Positions 50,101 to 57,773 of a stretch of 57,773 bases of DNA are shown here, one piece after another (position 1 is the stretch's first letter; the number at the start of each line of letters is the position of its first letter). The position numbers and the translations under genes are program-made. Source of the stretch: Hydrurus foetidus (Eukaryota); assembly GCA_900617105.1 (NCBI GenBank), contig UYFQ01000497.1, positions 1 through 57,773 on the forward strand. Direction: 5' to 3'. Under the pieces are notes generated by a model, which ran no database searches, was not told the origin of the DNA, and worked only from the letters and a program-made list of their open reading frames with translations.

Positions 50101-52000
50101 CAGTTTCAGAGAGCTAGCAGTAGGAGCACCTCACACTACACCACTCGAGACAGCTGACGAACACGGGGTACCGGAAGACTACGGTGAGAACGGCGCGATT
50201 GACATGAGTGCACCAGAGGAACCGAACACACCAGTAGCCACACCGCACACGTACTCAGCATACGGACACAGGGTGATCCCTAGAGCAGATCTGATGAGCA
50301 TGTTCAGATCAGACAAGCACGGGACAGCACTACTGACACGAAACTATGACTCTGCAGGAGGTGACTGGGGTGAGTTCGTACTAAATATATCAGTTAACGA
50401 AGCACTGAGGACTAGAGGGAAAGATGCAGAGACAGTCATACAGAAGGAACTGAGTCAGATGATCGAGAAAAAAGTATGGACGCCAGTTGACATACGCAGA
50501 CTGTCGTACGATGAGAAGCGCCGCATCATCAGATCAAGTATGTTTTTGAAGGAAAAGTTCCTCGCCAGTGGGGAGTTCGAGAAGCTGAAAGCGAGACTAG
50601 TAGCGGGCGGAGACCAACAGGATAAGACACTGTATGACGACCTATCCGCACCAACTGTTGGGACCAGTTCTGTGTTCACCCTGCTGTGCATCGCAGCACA
50701 CGAGGGACGGAAAGTAACAGTGATCGACATCAGTGGAGCATATCTTAACGCTGATATGAACACAGGACTCACTGTGCACATGAGACTGGACAAGAACATG
50801 ACAGGCATGATGGTGAAGCTGTCGCCAGAGTATGCGAATTACGTGGATGCACGAGGGAGTGTGGTGGTGCGATTAGACAAGGCTCTATACGGTTGTGTAG
50901 AATCGGCAGCTCTATGGTACGAGAATCTCAAGGAGAGTATGCGAAAACTCGGGTACACACCAAACACCATAGACATATGTGTGTTCAACAAGCTGAGCGA
51001 AAAGGGAGTACAGTGCACAGTAGCAGTGCATGTGGATGATCTAATGATTACTAGCATCGACGCTGGCATGATAGAGTCACTAGCAGCGGGACTGATAGAG
51101 AGATATGGAGACATCACCCGAAAGGACGGGCCAACAGTCAACTACCTCGGGATGGTATTCGACCTAACAGTGAGTGGGAGTGCTAAGGTGACTATGACTG
51201 GATATGTAGACGACATGCTGAGGGAAGCGGGGACAAGCAAGGGTGCACGCACCCCAGCCACCGAGGGGCTGTTCGAAGTGAGACCGGATGCACTCACAGT
51301 GAGTGAAGGACTGAGGGTGACGTTTCACAGGCATGTCGCTAAGATGCTGTATCTAGCGAAGCGAGCGCGACCAGACTGTCTAACTGCGGTTGCTTTCCTA
51401 GCAACGAGGGTGACCAAGTGCACAGTGGACGACCTAGCCAAGCTGGATCGGCTCATGAAGTACGTGTGGGCAACACGAGAGAGAGGAATTGTACTTGCAC
51501 CTGGTGTGAAGGGAATAGTGGTGAGTGTGCTGATCGACGCGGCATACGGGGTGCACGCAGATGGAAGATCGCACACTGGGAGCTGCATCGTGATTGGAGA
51601 CAGTGGAGCAGTGCACTGCAAGTCTTCGAAGCAACAGATCGTCACAAAATCGAGTACGGAAGCGGAGTTGGTTGCGTTGTCGGACTCAGCGAACCAAGCG
51701 CTGCACCTGAGGAGCTTCATCATGGCACAAGGACACTCCTGCGGGCCTGTCACCATACACCAGGACAACATGTCCTGTATGGCTCTAATCGACCGAGGAC
51801 GGTCTGCGGCGGAGCGCACCAGGCACATCTCGATCAAGTACTTTTGGTTGAAAGAGAGGGTGGACACAGGAGAAGCTAGGGTGAAGCACCTCGGTACCAA
51901 GGACATGTATGCGAACATGTTAACTAAGCCGCTCCAAGGAGCTCAATTCAAGGATGAAAGAAAGGGGGTCACGGGGTGGCCGGATAAAGACTTAGCTTAG
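47183..52000 (+). CDS. Copia Gag-Pol polyprotein (Gag with CCHC knuckle, protease, integrase, RT, RNase H), single uninterrupted ORF of 1605 aa
   Basis: CYACEGKGHYARNC; protease-like LLDNEAS; integrase SIDIMF/SDGEG/IERKIR; RT KARLVAGG, IDISGAYL, KALYG, VHVDDL; RNase H IDAAY, SSTEAELVA, HQDN, RTRHI. Integrase lies upstream of RT. Confidence 0.96.
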   Translation: MPPKRAVEGVKSTEECILQIGKFNNIIKWRESMQTIVTELYGIVGIFFTTDVRYELPRTAIKYPEASASEDSTSESEDEPEVEGEAARPLVPPEVRAAYAAGKAARDAAREIRNERRRRSNDRSRAKYREDEYLQRKRDLKAQKENERTIFPMMWKRMSTDSQSRVKEEDGYRTAYLTLDCVLLWTLIRRTHLTHMFGDTDPMKEINQHEQESKYGMMRQGERELITTFKARFDEQVLANDAVGVAKITDTLRALDFIGKLDPKRYRRMMVEMRNDALRQRPDAYPKSLAAAFRIASQWRSDGSSATVQLPLGASAFVTEEVHVTASKDTEKRAGKTGGVRKKSPADVDCYACEGKGHYARNCPNKKPSSEKVHVSKAEPDSDDESERDDWGVALVTAREKCLFSQYDVLLDNEASLNIFSNKELLTGIRRSERTIKVSGIQSGDGVTVDREGEFGEFGTVFYSGEASANILSFASQVDAGASIRYDYVSDCFTLRPKGSNNVYRFGRKTVPGSEGRFYSCDWRNVEAESAMVATVEQNSRAFTRREIDRARSARELMARMGFPSEVTAVSIVNSGSNFDISARDFQVAESIWGRDLASIKGKTTKRATAAADITIKSKIVQKDQVLSIDIMFIDKIAILIGVATPLGLSMAYSLNNLVLKKSSRATEHVRKGIAHFLGVLGSQGFKTSVIMSDGEGAVVALVDELGKLGVDVDISGAGGHVARIERKIRLIKERVRSYSAYHLPFILSSVGIVMCVLYVVSRLNYEPYGEREYGPSPREAFIGRKPDGKRDFRCSFGDYVQCTVPKTDSTLKSRTEDCVVMLPLGNRTGTVRMLSLATGKLVNRNQFIILPMPESVIKRMNALALADGRVKGKSDLEKTDSTSEQISDIADELPETMETIVNEGVDPSTDLHDMNYSPELIYEESVEQVEAAHLDEKHEEETVYADDMIPTVIPGERLRVEPRVVSMDDMMSSFRELAVGAPHTTPLETADEHGVPEDYGENGAIDMSAPEEPNTPVATPHTYSAYGHRVIPRADLMSMFRSDKHGTALLTRNYDSAGGDWGEFVLNISVNEALRTRGKDAETVIQKELSQMIEKKVWTPVDIRRLSYDEKRRIIRSSMFLKEKFLASGEFEKLKARLVAGGDQQDKTLYDDLSAPTVGTSSVFTLLCIAAHEGRKVTVIDISGAYLNADMNTGLTVHMRLDKNMTGMMVKLSPEYANYVDARGSVVVRLDKALYGCVESAALWYENLKESMRKLGYTPNTIDICVFNKLSEKGVQCTVAVHVDDLMITSIDAGMIESLAAGLIERYGDITRKDGPTVNYLGMVFDLTVSGSAKVTMTGYVDDMLREAGTSKGARTPATEGLFEVRPDALTVSEGLRVTFHRHVAKMLYLAKRARPDCLTAVAFLATRVTKCTVDDLAKLDRLMKYVWATRERGIVLAPGVKGIVVSVLIDAAYGVHADGRSHTGSCIVIGDSGAVHCKSSKQQIVTKSSTEAELVALSDSANQALHLRSFIMAQGHSCGPVTIHQDNMSCMALIDRGRSAAERTRHISIKYFWLKERVDTGEARVKHLGTKDMYANMLTKPLQGAQFKDERKGVTGWPDKDLA

Positions 52001-52064
52001 ATTATTATTATTAGCGAATGCTTGATATACAAACTGCGTACTAATGAGTTGTGGCAAGAGGGTG

Positions 52065-52384
52065 TGTTGGATATATCTGAGTTCATGACACGAACACATT
52101 ATGTGTACTTATGCATTCGTACAGCGGCGTACGGATTAATTTGTGTGTGTGTGTGTGTGTGTATACGAAGATGTATGGACCTGAAAAGTCGCCATACTTC
52201 AACAGTAGTGTAAGGTTTGAATTTGTCATGGCATCGAAAGAGACTCAGGGCTTCAGCAGGGATGAAGCACAGTCGAATTAACAAGTGATTATCGATACCC
52301 TAAATCCCATTTCACGAGTCTTGGCAAGTGAGCCAGTGTTCTGAAGGTCCACGTTCCACCCCGGAATCAAAAGGTTCTCCAACA
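52065..52384 (+). repeat. 3' LTR (320 bp) of the copia element
   Basis: TG...CA ends. From ACTTATGCATTCG onward it matches the 5' LTR segment ~46886-47158, apart from the length of the (TG)n tract. Confidence 0.96.
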
Positions 52385-52481
52385 CTACAGCATCATGAGT
52401 ATAATGAATAATCGGTTTCAGAGTACTTCGAATTAGTATTAAAAAGTATTGAAAAAGTCATTCTTCTTTGGATTTAGTATT

Positions 52482-52711
52482 GCGACCCAATTAATGGTGT
52501 ACTGAATTGATAGTTTGATGTACTGAATTAATAGTCTGATGTACTTAATACACCCTAACTCTAGCCCTAACCCTGACTCTGACTCTGACTTTAACTTTAA
52601 CCTTAACACTAACCCTAATCTTATCCCTAATCCTTACCCTAATCCTTATTCTACTTCAGTATAGAATTCAGTACATCAAACTATTAATTCAGTACACGGT
52701 AAATTATTTCC
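52482..52711. mobile_element. MULE-like non-autonomous element (230 bp) with a degenerate (CCCTAA)n core
   Basis: The 11-bp direct repeat GATTTAGTATT flanks it at 52471-52481 and 52712-52722. A 33-bp inverted repeat (52497-52529 / 52665-52697, 1 mismatch) is built from a 21-bp unit. Telomere-like hexamers occupy ~52552-52650. Confidence 0.75.
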
Positions 52712-52879
52712 GATTTAGTATTTCTCGACAAATAAGTGACAATTCTTTGACAGTCCCAGATAATTGATCACAGCAAGGTCTTCTTTAAAACAGGTGTTCA
52801 GTAGCACAATCATCAAAATAAGATAATCATCACCCATTTCTAAAGCGTATCGGCACTAGTGCCAACAGTCTCACTGAAG

Positions 52880-55684
52880 ATGTCTTCGGGTCCCTCTGAT
52901 GCCAGAGATGCAGCGACCATGAGAGTTATTGAGGAGCTGAAACGAATTTACAAGCAGAAAATTATGCCCCTCGAATCTATGTACCGCTACGACCTTTTCT
53001 TCACGCCACTGATGACAGATGCCGAATTCGACTCCAAACCACAAGTTATGTTGGTTGGGCAGTACTCCGTTGGGAAAACATCTTTCATTAGGTACATATT
53101 GGGAAGAGACTTCCCCGGTCAGAGAATAGGCCCGGAGCCCACAACAGATCGATTTGTTGCTGTCATGGACGGTCCAGATGAGCGTATCATTCCCGGGAAT
53201 GCACTTGCTGTGTCTCATGACATGCCTTATCGAGGCCTGGAGAGATTTGGAGTAGCTTTTCTGAACAGATTCGAGGGGTCTCAAGTGCCATGCCAAGTTT
53301 TGCGCAACATTACCTTAATCGACACCCCTGGTGTTCTCAGTGGTGAGAAGCAGCGGCTTAGCAGAGGATACAACTTCACGGAAGTTACGGCTTGGTTTGC
53401 AAATCGCGCCGATTTAATTATTATGTTATTTGACGCGCACAAGCTCGACATCAGTGATGAGTTCAGAAATGTCATCGAGAGTCTTAAAGGAAATGACGAT
53501 AAGATACGATGCATTTTGAACAAAGCAGATCAGGTTGATCGTCAGAAACTAATGCGCGTTTATGGGGCGCTCATGTGGTCTCTCGGGAAGGTAGTCAAGA
53601 CTCCTGAGGTGCTTCGGGTGTACATCGGATCGTTCTGGGATCAAGAACTGGTGTTTAAAGACAACGCACTTCTGTTCGAAATGGAGGAGAGAGATCTTAT
53701 GAGAGATCTCAGAGACTTGCCGAGAAACAGGTGGGACTTGCTCGCTGCTCTTCAAATGTTATATCATCTTAGCTGACGATGAGGATACTCATACCGTTAT
53801 TCTGTCCAATTAGTGCTGTGAGGAAGATCAACGAATTGGTGAAAAGAGTGCGCATCTGCAAAGTACATGCCTATATCATAAGTTACCTCAAGGAGCAAAT
53901 GCCCATGATGATGGGATTCTCGAAGAAGCAAAAAGAGGTACATCCAAATTGCATCGATCCAAATTGCATCGATCAACGTTTATCATCTCGAATTGGCATA
54001 TTTTTGGTATAATATGGCACCAGTGCACTGTCGGTGATTATTTGATACTTTATCCACTGTCTAGTTTTCAAGTAAACATCGTTCAATCATGGATAGTGTT
54101 GTATATATATTACGATACAATTTTTTTATGAATCACTCCTTTCACTTCTCACTTACTAACACCTCATTTATTCAATCAGTCCGTCATTTCGATAATTCAA
54201 GAGCAACTGACAGATACTTCTCAAACTCAACTATACAAAACGCATAAAAAATATCTTATGTTGAAATTTCTTTCAGTTGATCGACACACTCCCAGCTGTG
54301 TTTCGTAGCGTGATGAAGAGATACAATCTCGCCCCTGGAGATTTCCCCGATATCAGAGATTTTCAAGAAAAACTTGCAGAGATGGATTTCACTAAGTTTC
54401 ACTCTTTGAAACAAAAGTTGGTGGATGATGTGGAGGGCGTGCTGGGCAATGACATACCGAGACTAATGGAAGGTGAGTTAGTCAGTTAATCAGTTCGTTA
54501 GTTGGTGTGTGAGCGAGAGAAAGTGAGTGCGAAGGTGAATGAAAGAGTGGGTGGGTGAGAGAGAGTGTGGGTGTGATATAGTGTGCATGTGATGTAGATC
54601 ACTTGATGCGTGATGACGGACATCCTGGGTCTTGGGTCTTGTTGTACTACGTGCAGTGATAAGACGCGAGACACGATTGGTATTGTATAAGTGGATGCAG
54701 GATATCATGTGACATGAAATCACAGTCTGTAGCAATCCTCCGCATTCTCACATATCTCACCACTCCAACCTACCCCTCTGTTCTAACTAAGGTCACTCCG
54801 ATCGATTTCTCTCTTCTGCATGACGTCTCTCACTCCCTCCCTCTCCCTCTACAGCTTTGCCTCGCTCCCTAGACACCATCAACACAGCCCTCGCCAACGC
54901 TGCCCTTGACGCTGCTGGACCCCTAGTGTACGAGAACCAAGGGTCATGGGCTAGAGACCCCGCACCGTTCGGTGAGAATTATTCAGAGCGTGCAGATTAT
55001 GAAGTGTATAAATAGTGCTCCATCCACAATTAATAGAGTAGATAATGTGTGTTTGATAACCTGTATTGATTGTGTTTTCTTCTAAGCCTTGTTTATCTTC
55101 TATTCTAAACCTTGCAGTTAGTGTTCCCGTTATTAACAGTATCGGTTATGTTCCATTGTGAAGTGCATAGGTTGTGTTTGTCTGATAAACCGTACTGATA
55201 TCCACTATGGTCATTTTATGTGTGTGCAGCAAATGTCCGTGCACTTGTTCTGTTAGAAAAGAAAGCGACCTCAAAAGCAACGTACAAAATATAACCCTAT
55301 TTTCTATTTTCCGTTTTCCGTTTTCCTCTTCATTTGTAAGGTGAAGAAGATGATGCAAATCCCTGGGGCGATGAAAACGGCAAGGCACCAGGAGAAGCGG
55401 AATGGGCCCTACAAGACCACGTGGCGCGGTATAAACCTCAGTTCGACCAGAACAACAAGAACGGCTTCGTGACAGGGGAGGCGGCCAAGTCGCTGCTAAC
55501 AGCCACCGGACTACCCACCAACAAACTGAGGAAAATATGGGAAATGTCCGATATTGATAAAGATGGAAAATTGGATTTACAAGAATTTGTGATTGCGATG
55601 TATCTTGCAGAGGCGAGTAAAGCGGGAGATGATTTCTCACATGGGTTGGATCCGCAATTGATCCCGAGGAACAAAATCCGCTGA
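52880..55684 (+). CDS. EHD1: EH domain-containing dynamin-like ATPase (EHD/RME-1); about 5 exons
   Basis: VMLVGQYSVGKTSFI, IGPEPTTDRF, IDTPGVLSGEKQRLSRGY, FDAHKLDISDEF, LNKADQV, RVYIGSFW, AVRKINELVKR. The C-terminal EH domain includes LRKIWEMSDIDKDGKLDLQEFVIAMYL. Confidence 0.96.
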
Positions 55685-56585
55685 GCTGATAATTAGTATG
55701 TGATAAAGTTATACTTCTTCACTTTCTTCGTCCATGTTCCTCTTTTTCTTTTCTCCTCTCTTCTCTTCTCTTATCTACTTTTCACTACTGTGTCCTGGTT
55801 TTTTGAAGACTTGGCATTAGGTAGTATAGTATATGATTACAACCCTGATGCATTCCTCTCTTTTCGCACTCCACGCCCACCTGCACTCCTCATTGCAGAT
55901 GCGCCATGCCATCTCATTCCTTTGTATGCCTCTTCACTCCTTTCAGAAGAGCTTTTCGTTGTCTACGATGGTTCTCAATCAGTTCTATACGTTGGCTCCT
56001 GCAGCACAGCTGCAGCTGTGCTTTCTCTTTTTCGTCTCATTCCTCTCGGCTTAACAATGCCCCTCTTTCATCCACTGCCGATGGGTCGAGACTTGAGACC
56101 GTCTGATTTGAAAAAACTAGTAAATTGAATCACTTCATTCCTCAACTAATGTCCCAATCTATCACAAAAGCGCAGGAGAAGTTGGCTGTAGTAGAGTGTT
56201 TAATAATGTTTCGGTGAATCAAACGTACCCACAGTTCACGTTTGTAATCAATTCCCGCTATACTGTAGAGGATATTGTTTTTAGTGCAACTTCCTGACAT
56301 CCATTACCACACGAACGCACGAAGTTGCCGTGTGTGGAACGTTCCTCAGACGCTTGGTTCCCCACCGATAATTCTCCCCAAAGGTCGACTTCGCTGCGAT
56401 TTTGAAAATCGCCCGTCATGATGCTTCAATCGATTCTCCAGCGGTACGGTAGCATCGAGGGTTCGATTAGTTTCACACAGCAAGCACCGCATCGGGCCAA
56501 AGGTACGACTGACCTGCACTTTGCTTCGAGCATGGCGACTTGAGTTTGTTGGGGAAAGCAGTTCTTGTCGCATGGTGGCTTTCTG

Positions 56586-57773
56586 ATGGCATATCGTGGT
56601 GGTAGTGGGGGATGTCTGCTTCGCAACAGCATCGCTTTACTTATGATGATAGGAGGGTATTCAGAGTGTCCTAATGCATGCAGTGGCCATGGTCGTTGCG
56701 CCTCTTTCGACATGTGCATCTGCTATCAAAAGTATATGGCTGCAGACTGTTCTGAAAGTAAGCTTTTGTGTATGGCGCATCTGAACATTCGATCGAGCTG
56801 ATCAGACTTGTCATCCTCACTATCTTCTGATGCGTCGCAGGAATGTGTCAATTCGGAATGGCTTTTATTGATACATCTAAAGGAGACTTGGACTCATCTG
56901 ACTCAATTACCGGTGTCGGGTTAACTGTGGCAAAAAATAGTCATCTGTATCCTTTCGGCACCACAGAACAATATGCAAATATGGTGGACTCAGAAGGGAA
57001 GATTCTGGACAACACTGGCCACGAATATGTTGAATGTTCGAATAAGGGTACTTGCAATAGATATTATGGGACGTGCAAATGTATTGCGGGGTTCTCTGGT
57101 TCTGCGTGTCAGTACATGTCCTGCCCCGTGACTACCGATGCTTCTTTAGGAACATGCAGCGGCCACGGAACCTGCCTCAGCGCTGCTCAAATAGCCATAG
57201 CGGATGCAGGAAATGTGTATAATCTATGGGACAAAGACATCAATTTAGGCTGCGCATGTGATTCGGGATATAGTGGACCGAATTGCAACAATAGAGATTG
57301 CAAAGCTGGATTTGACCCACAGTACATCGACAAGGCCAGCAGTCATCGATTCTCAAATTGGAGTTATGCAATCATCACAAAATCCCCATCAGCGACTATA
57401 ATAGGCAACTATTCAATCCGATTTTATGATTTCCATGGAGAGGACTGGCTCACAGCTCCAATTCAATATGGTGCTGATTGCGCTACTGTTGTACAGAGCT
57501 TGGAATCCCTCCCCAACAATGTAATTCCTGCACATTCCGTGCGGTGCTTACAATTCACCAATTTTAGTGCGATCCCGCTGACTGATGAGCCCGCTATGTC
57601 ACGCAGTAACCCTTATCACGGAATGAAATACACGCTTGCATTTCCTGGCAACCCAGGTAAACTGAAACAAATAGAGATTGTGAAGTATCTGGACGGTGCC
57701 AGACCAAGTCTGTACGACTCCACTCCAGTGCAAGGAGAGCCACTGCTTGAAGTGGTTTATCCCAATGGCTTTA
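56586..57773 (+). CDS. SIG1: Sig1/Ocm1-type tubular mastigoneme (flagellar hair) protein with EGF-like repeats; partial, continues beyond the window end
   Basis: A signal-like N-terminus is followed by ECPNACSGHGRC...DMCICY...AADCSE|RMCQFGMAFIDTSKGDLD...YPFGTTEQY...HEYVECSNKGTCNR...GFSGSACQ...CSGHGTC...YNLWDKD...CDSGYSGPNC...GFDP. The intron is at ~56758-56840. The pattern matches stramenopile Sig1/Ocm1 as I recall it. Confidence 0.85.

Larger units (their letters stand above)
44245..52384 (+). mobile_element. Full-length Ty1/copia LTR retrotransposon; 5' LTR 44245-47158 (interrupted by a Harbinger), 3' LTR 52065-52384
   Basis: Both LTRs begin TGTTGGATATATCTGAGTT and end GGTTCTCCAACA. The 5-bp TSD CTACA lies at 44240-44244 and 52385-52389. 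A purine-rich PPT (GGCAAGAGGGTG) is at 52053-52064. The polyprotein is in copia domain order. Confidence 0.96.

Noticed and set aside
47236..51918. Antisense and alternate-frame ORFs inside Gag-Pol (and similar ones inside VPS13, EHD and the kinase)
   Set aside because: They are shadow ORFs of long coding frames, with no independent motifs.
52497..52545. 21-bp repeats resembling a CRISPR array
   Set aside because: The units are tandem with no spacers, the context is eukaryotic, and they form the TIR of a MITE.
52552..52650. Telomere-like tract as a chromosome end or fusion scar
   Set aside because: The tract is short, degenerate, in one orientation only, and enclosed by TIRs and a TSD.
56430..56480. 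GGTTCGATT B-box-like motif suggesting a tRNA or SINE
   Set aside because: No cloverleaf, acceptor stem or convincing A-box can be built around it.

Overview
This is eukaryotic nuclear DNA with GT-AG introns rich in simple repeats. It most likely comes from a flagellated, plastid-bearing stramenopile (ochrophyte), because it encodes a Sig1/Ocm1-type mastigoneme protein and a release factor 2 with a bipartite plastid-targeting leader. Host genes, left to right: VPS13 (minus, runs off the left edge), EB1, a LISK/TESK-like TKL kinase with PH and PX-like regions, a small villin-headpiece protein, plastid prfB, a PSP1-domain protein, MOCS2B/MoaE, EHD, and SIG1 (runs off the right edge). The head-to-head MOCS2B/EHD spacer, about 350 bp once insertions are removed, holds four transposable elements: a Tc1/mariner-type MITE, a full-length Ty1/copia element (44245-52384, TSD CTACA, intact 1605-aa ORF), a decayed PIF/Harbinger nested in the 5' LTR of that copia, and a MULE-like MITE with a telomere-like core. 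The most notable signal is that the copia element has no recognisable tRNA primer-binding site. Instead, the 12 nt directly after the 5' LTR are perfectly complementary to a 12-mer inside its own LTR, which is the signature of Tf1-type self-primed reverse transcription. All calls were read by eye with no database searches, and exon boundaries are hand-inferred.
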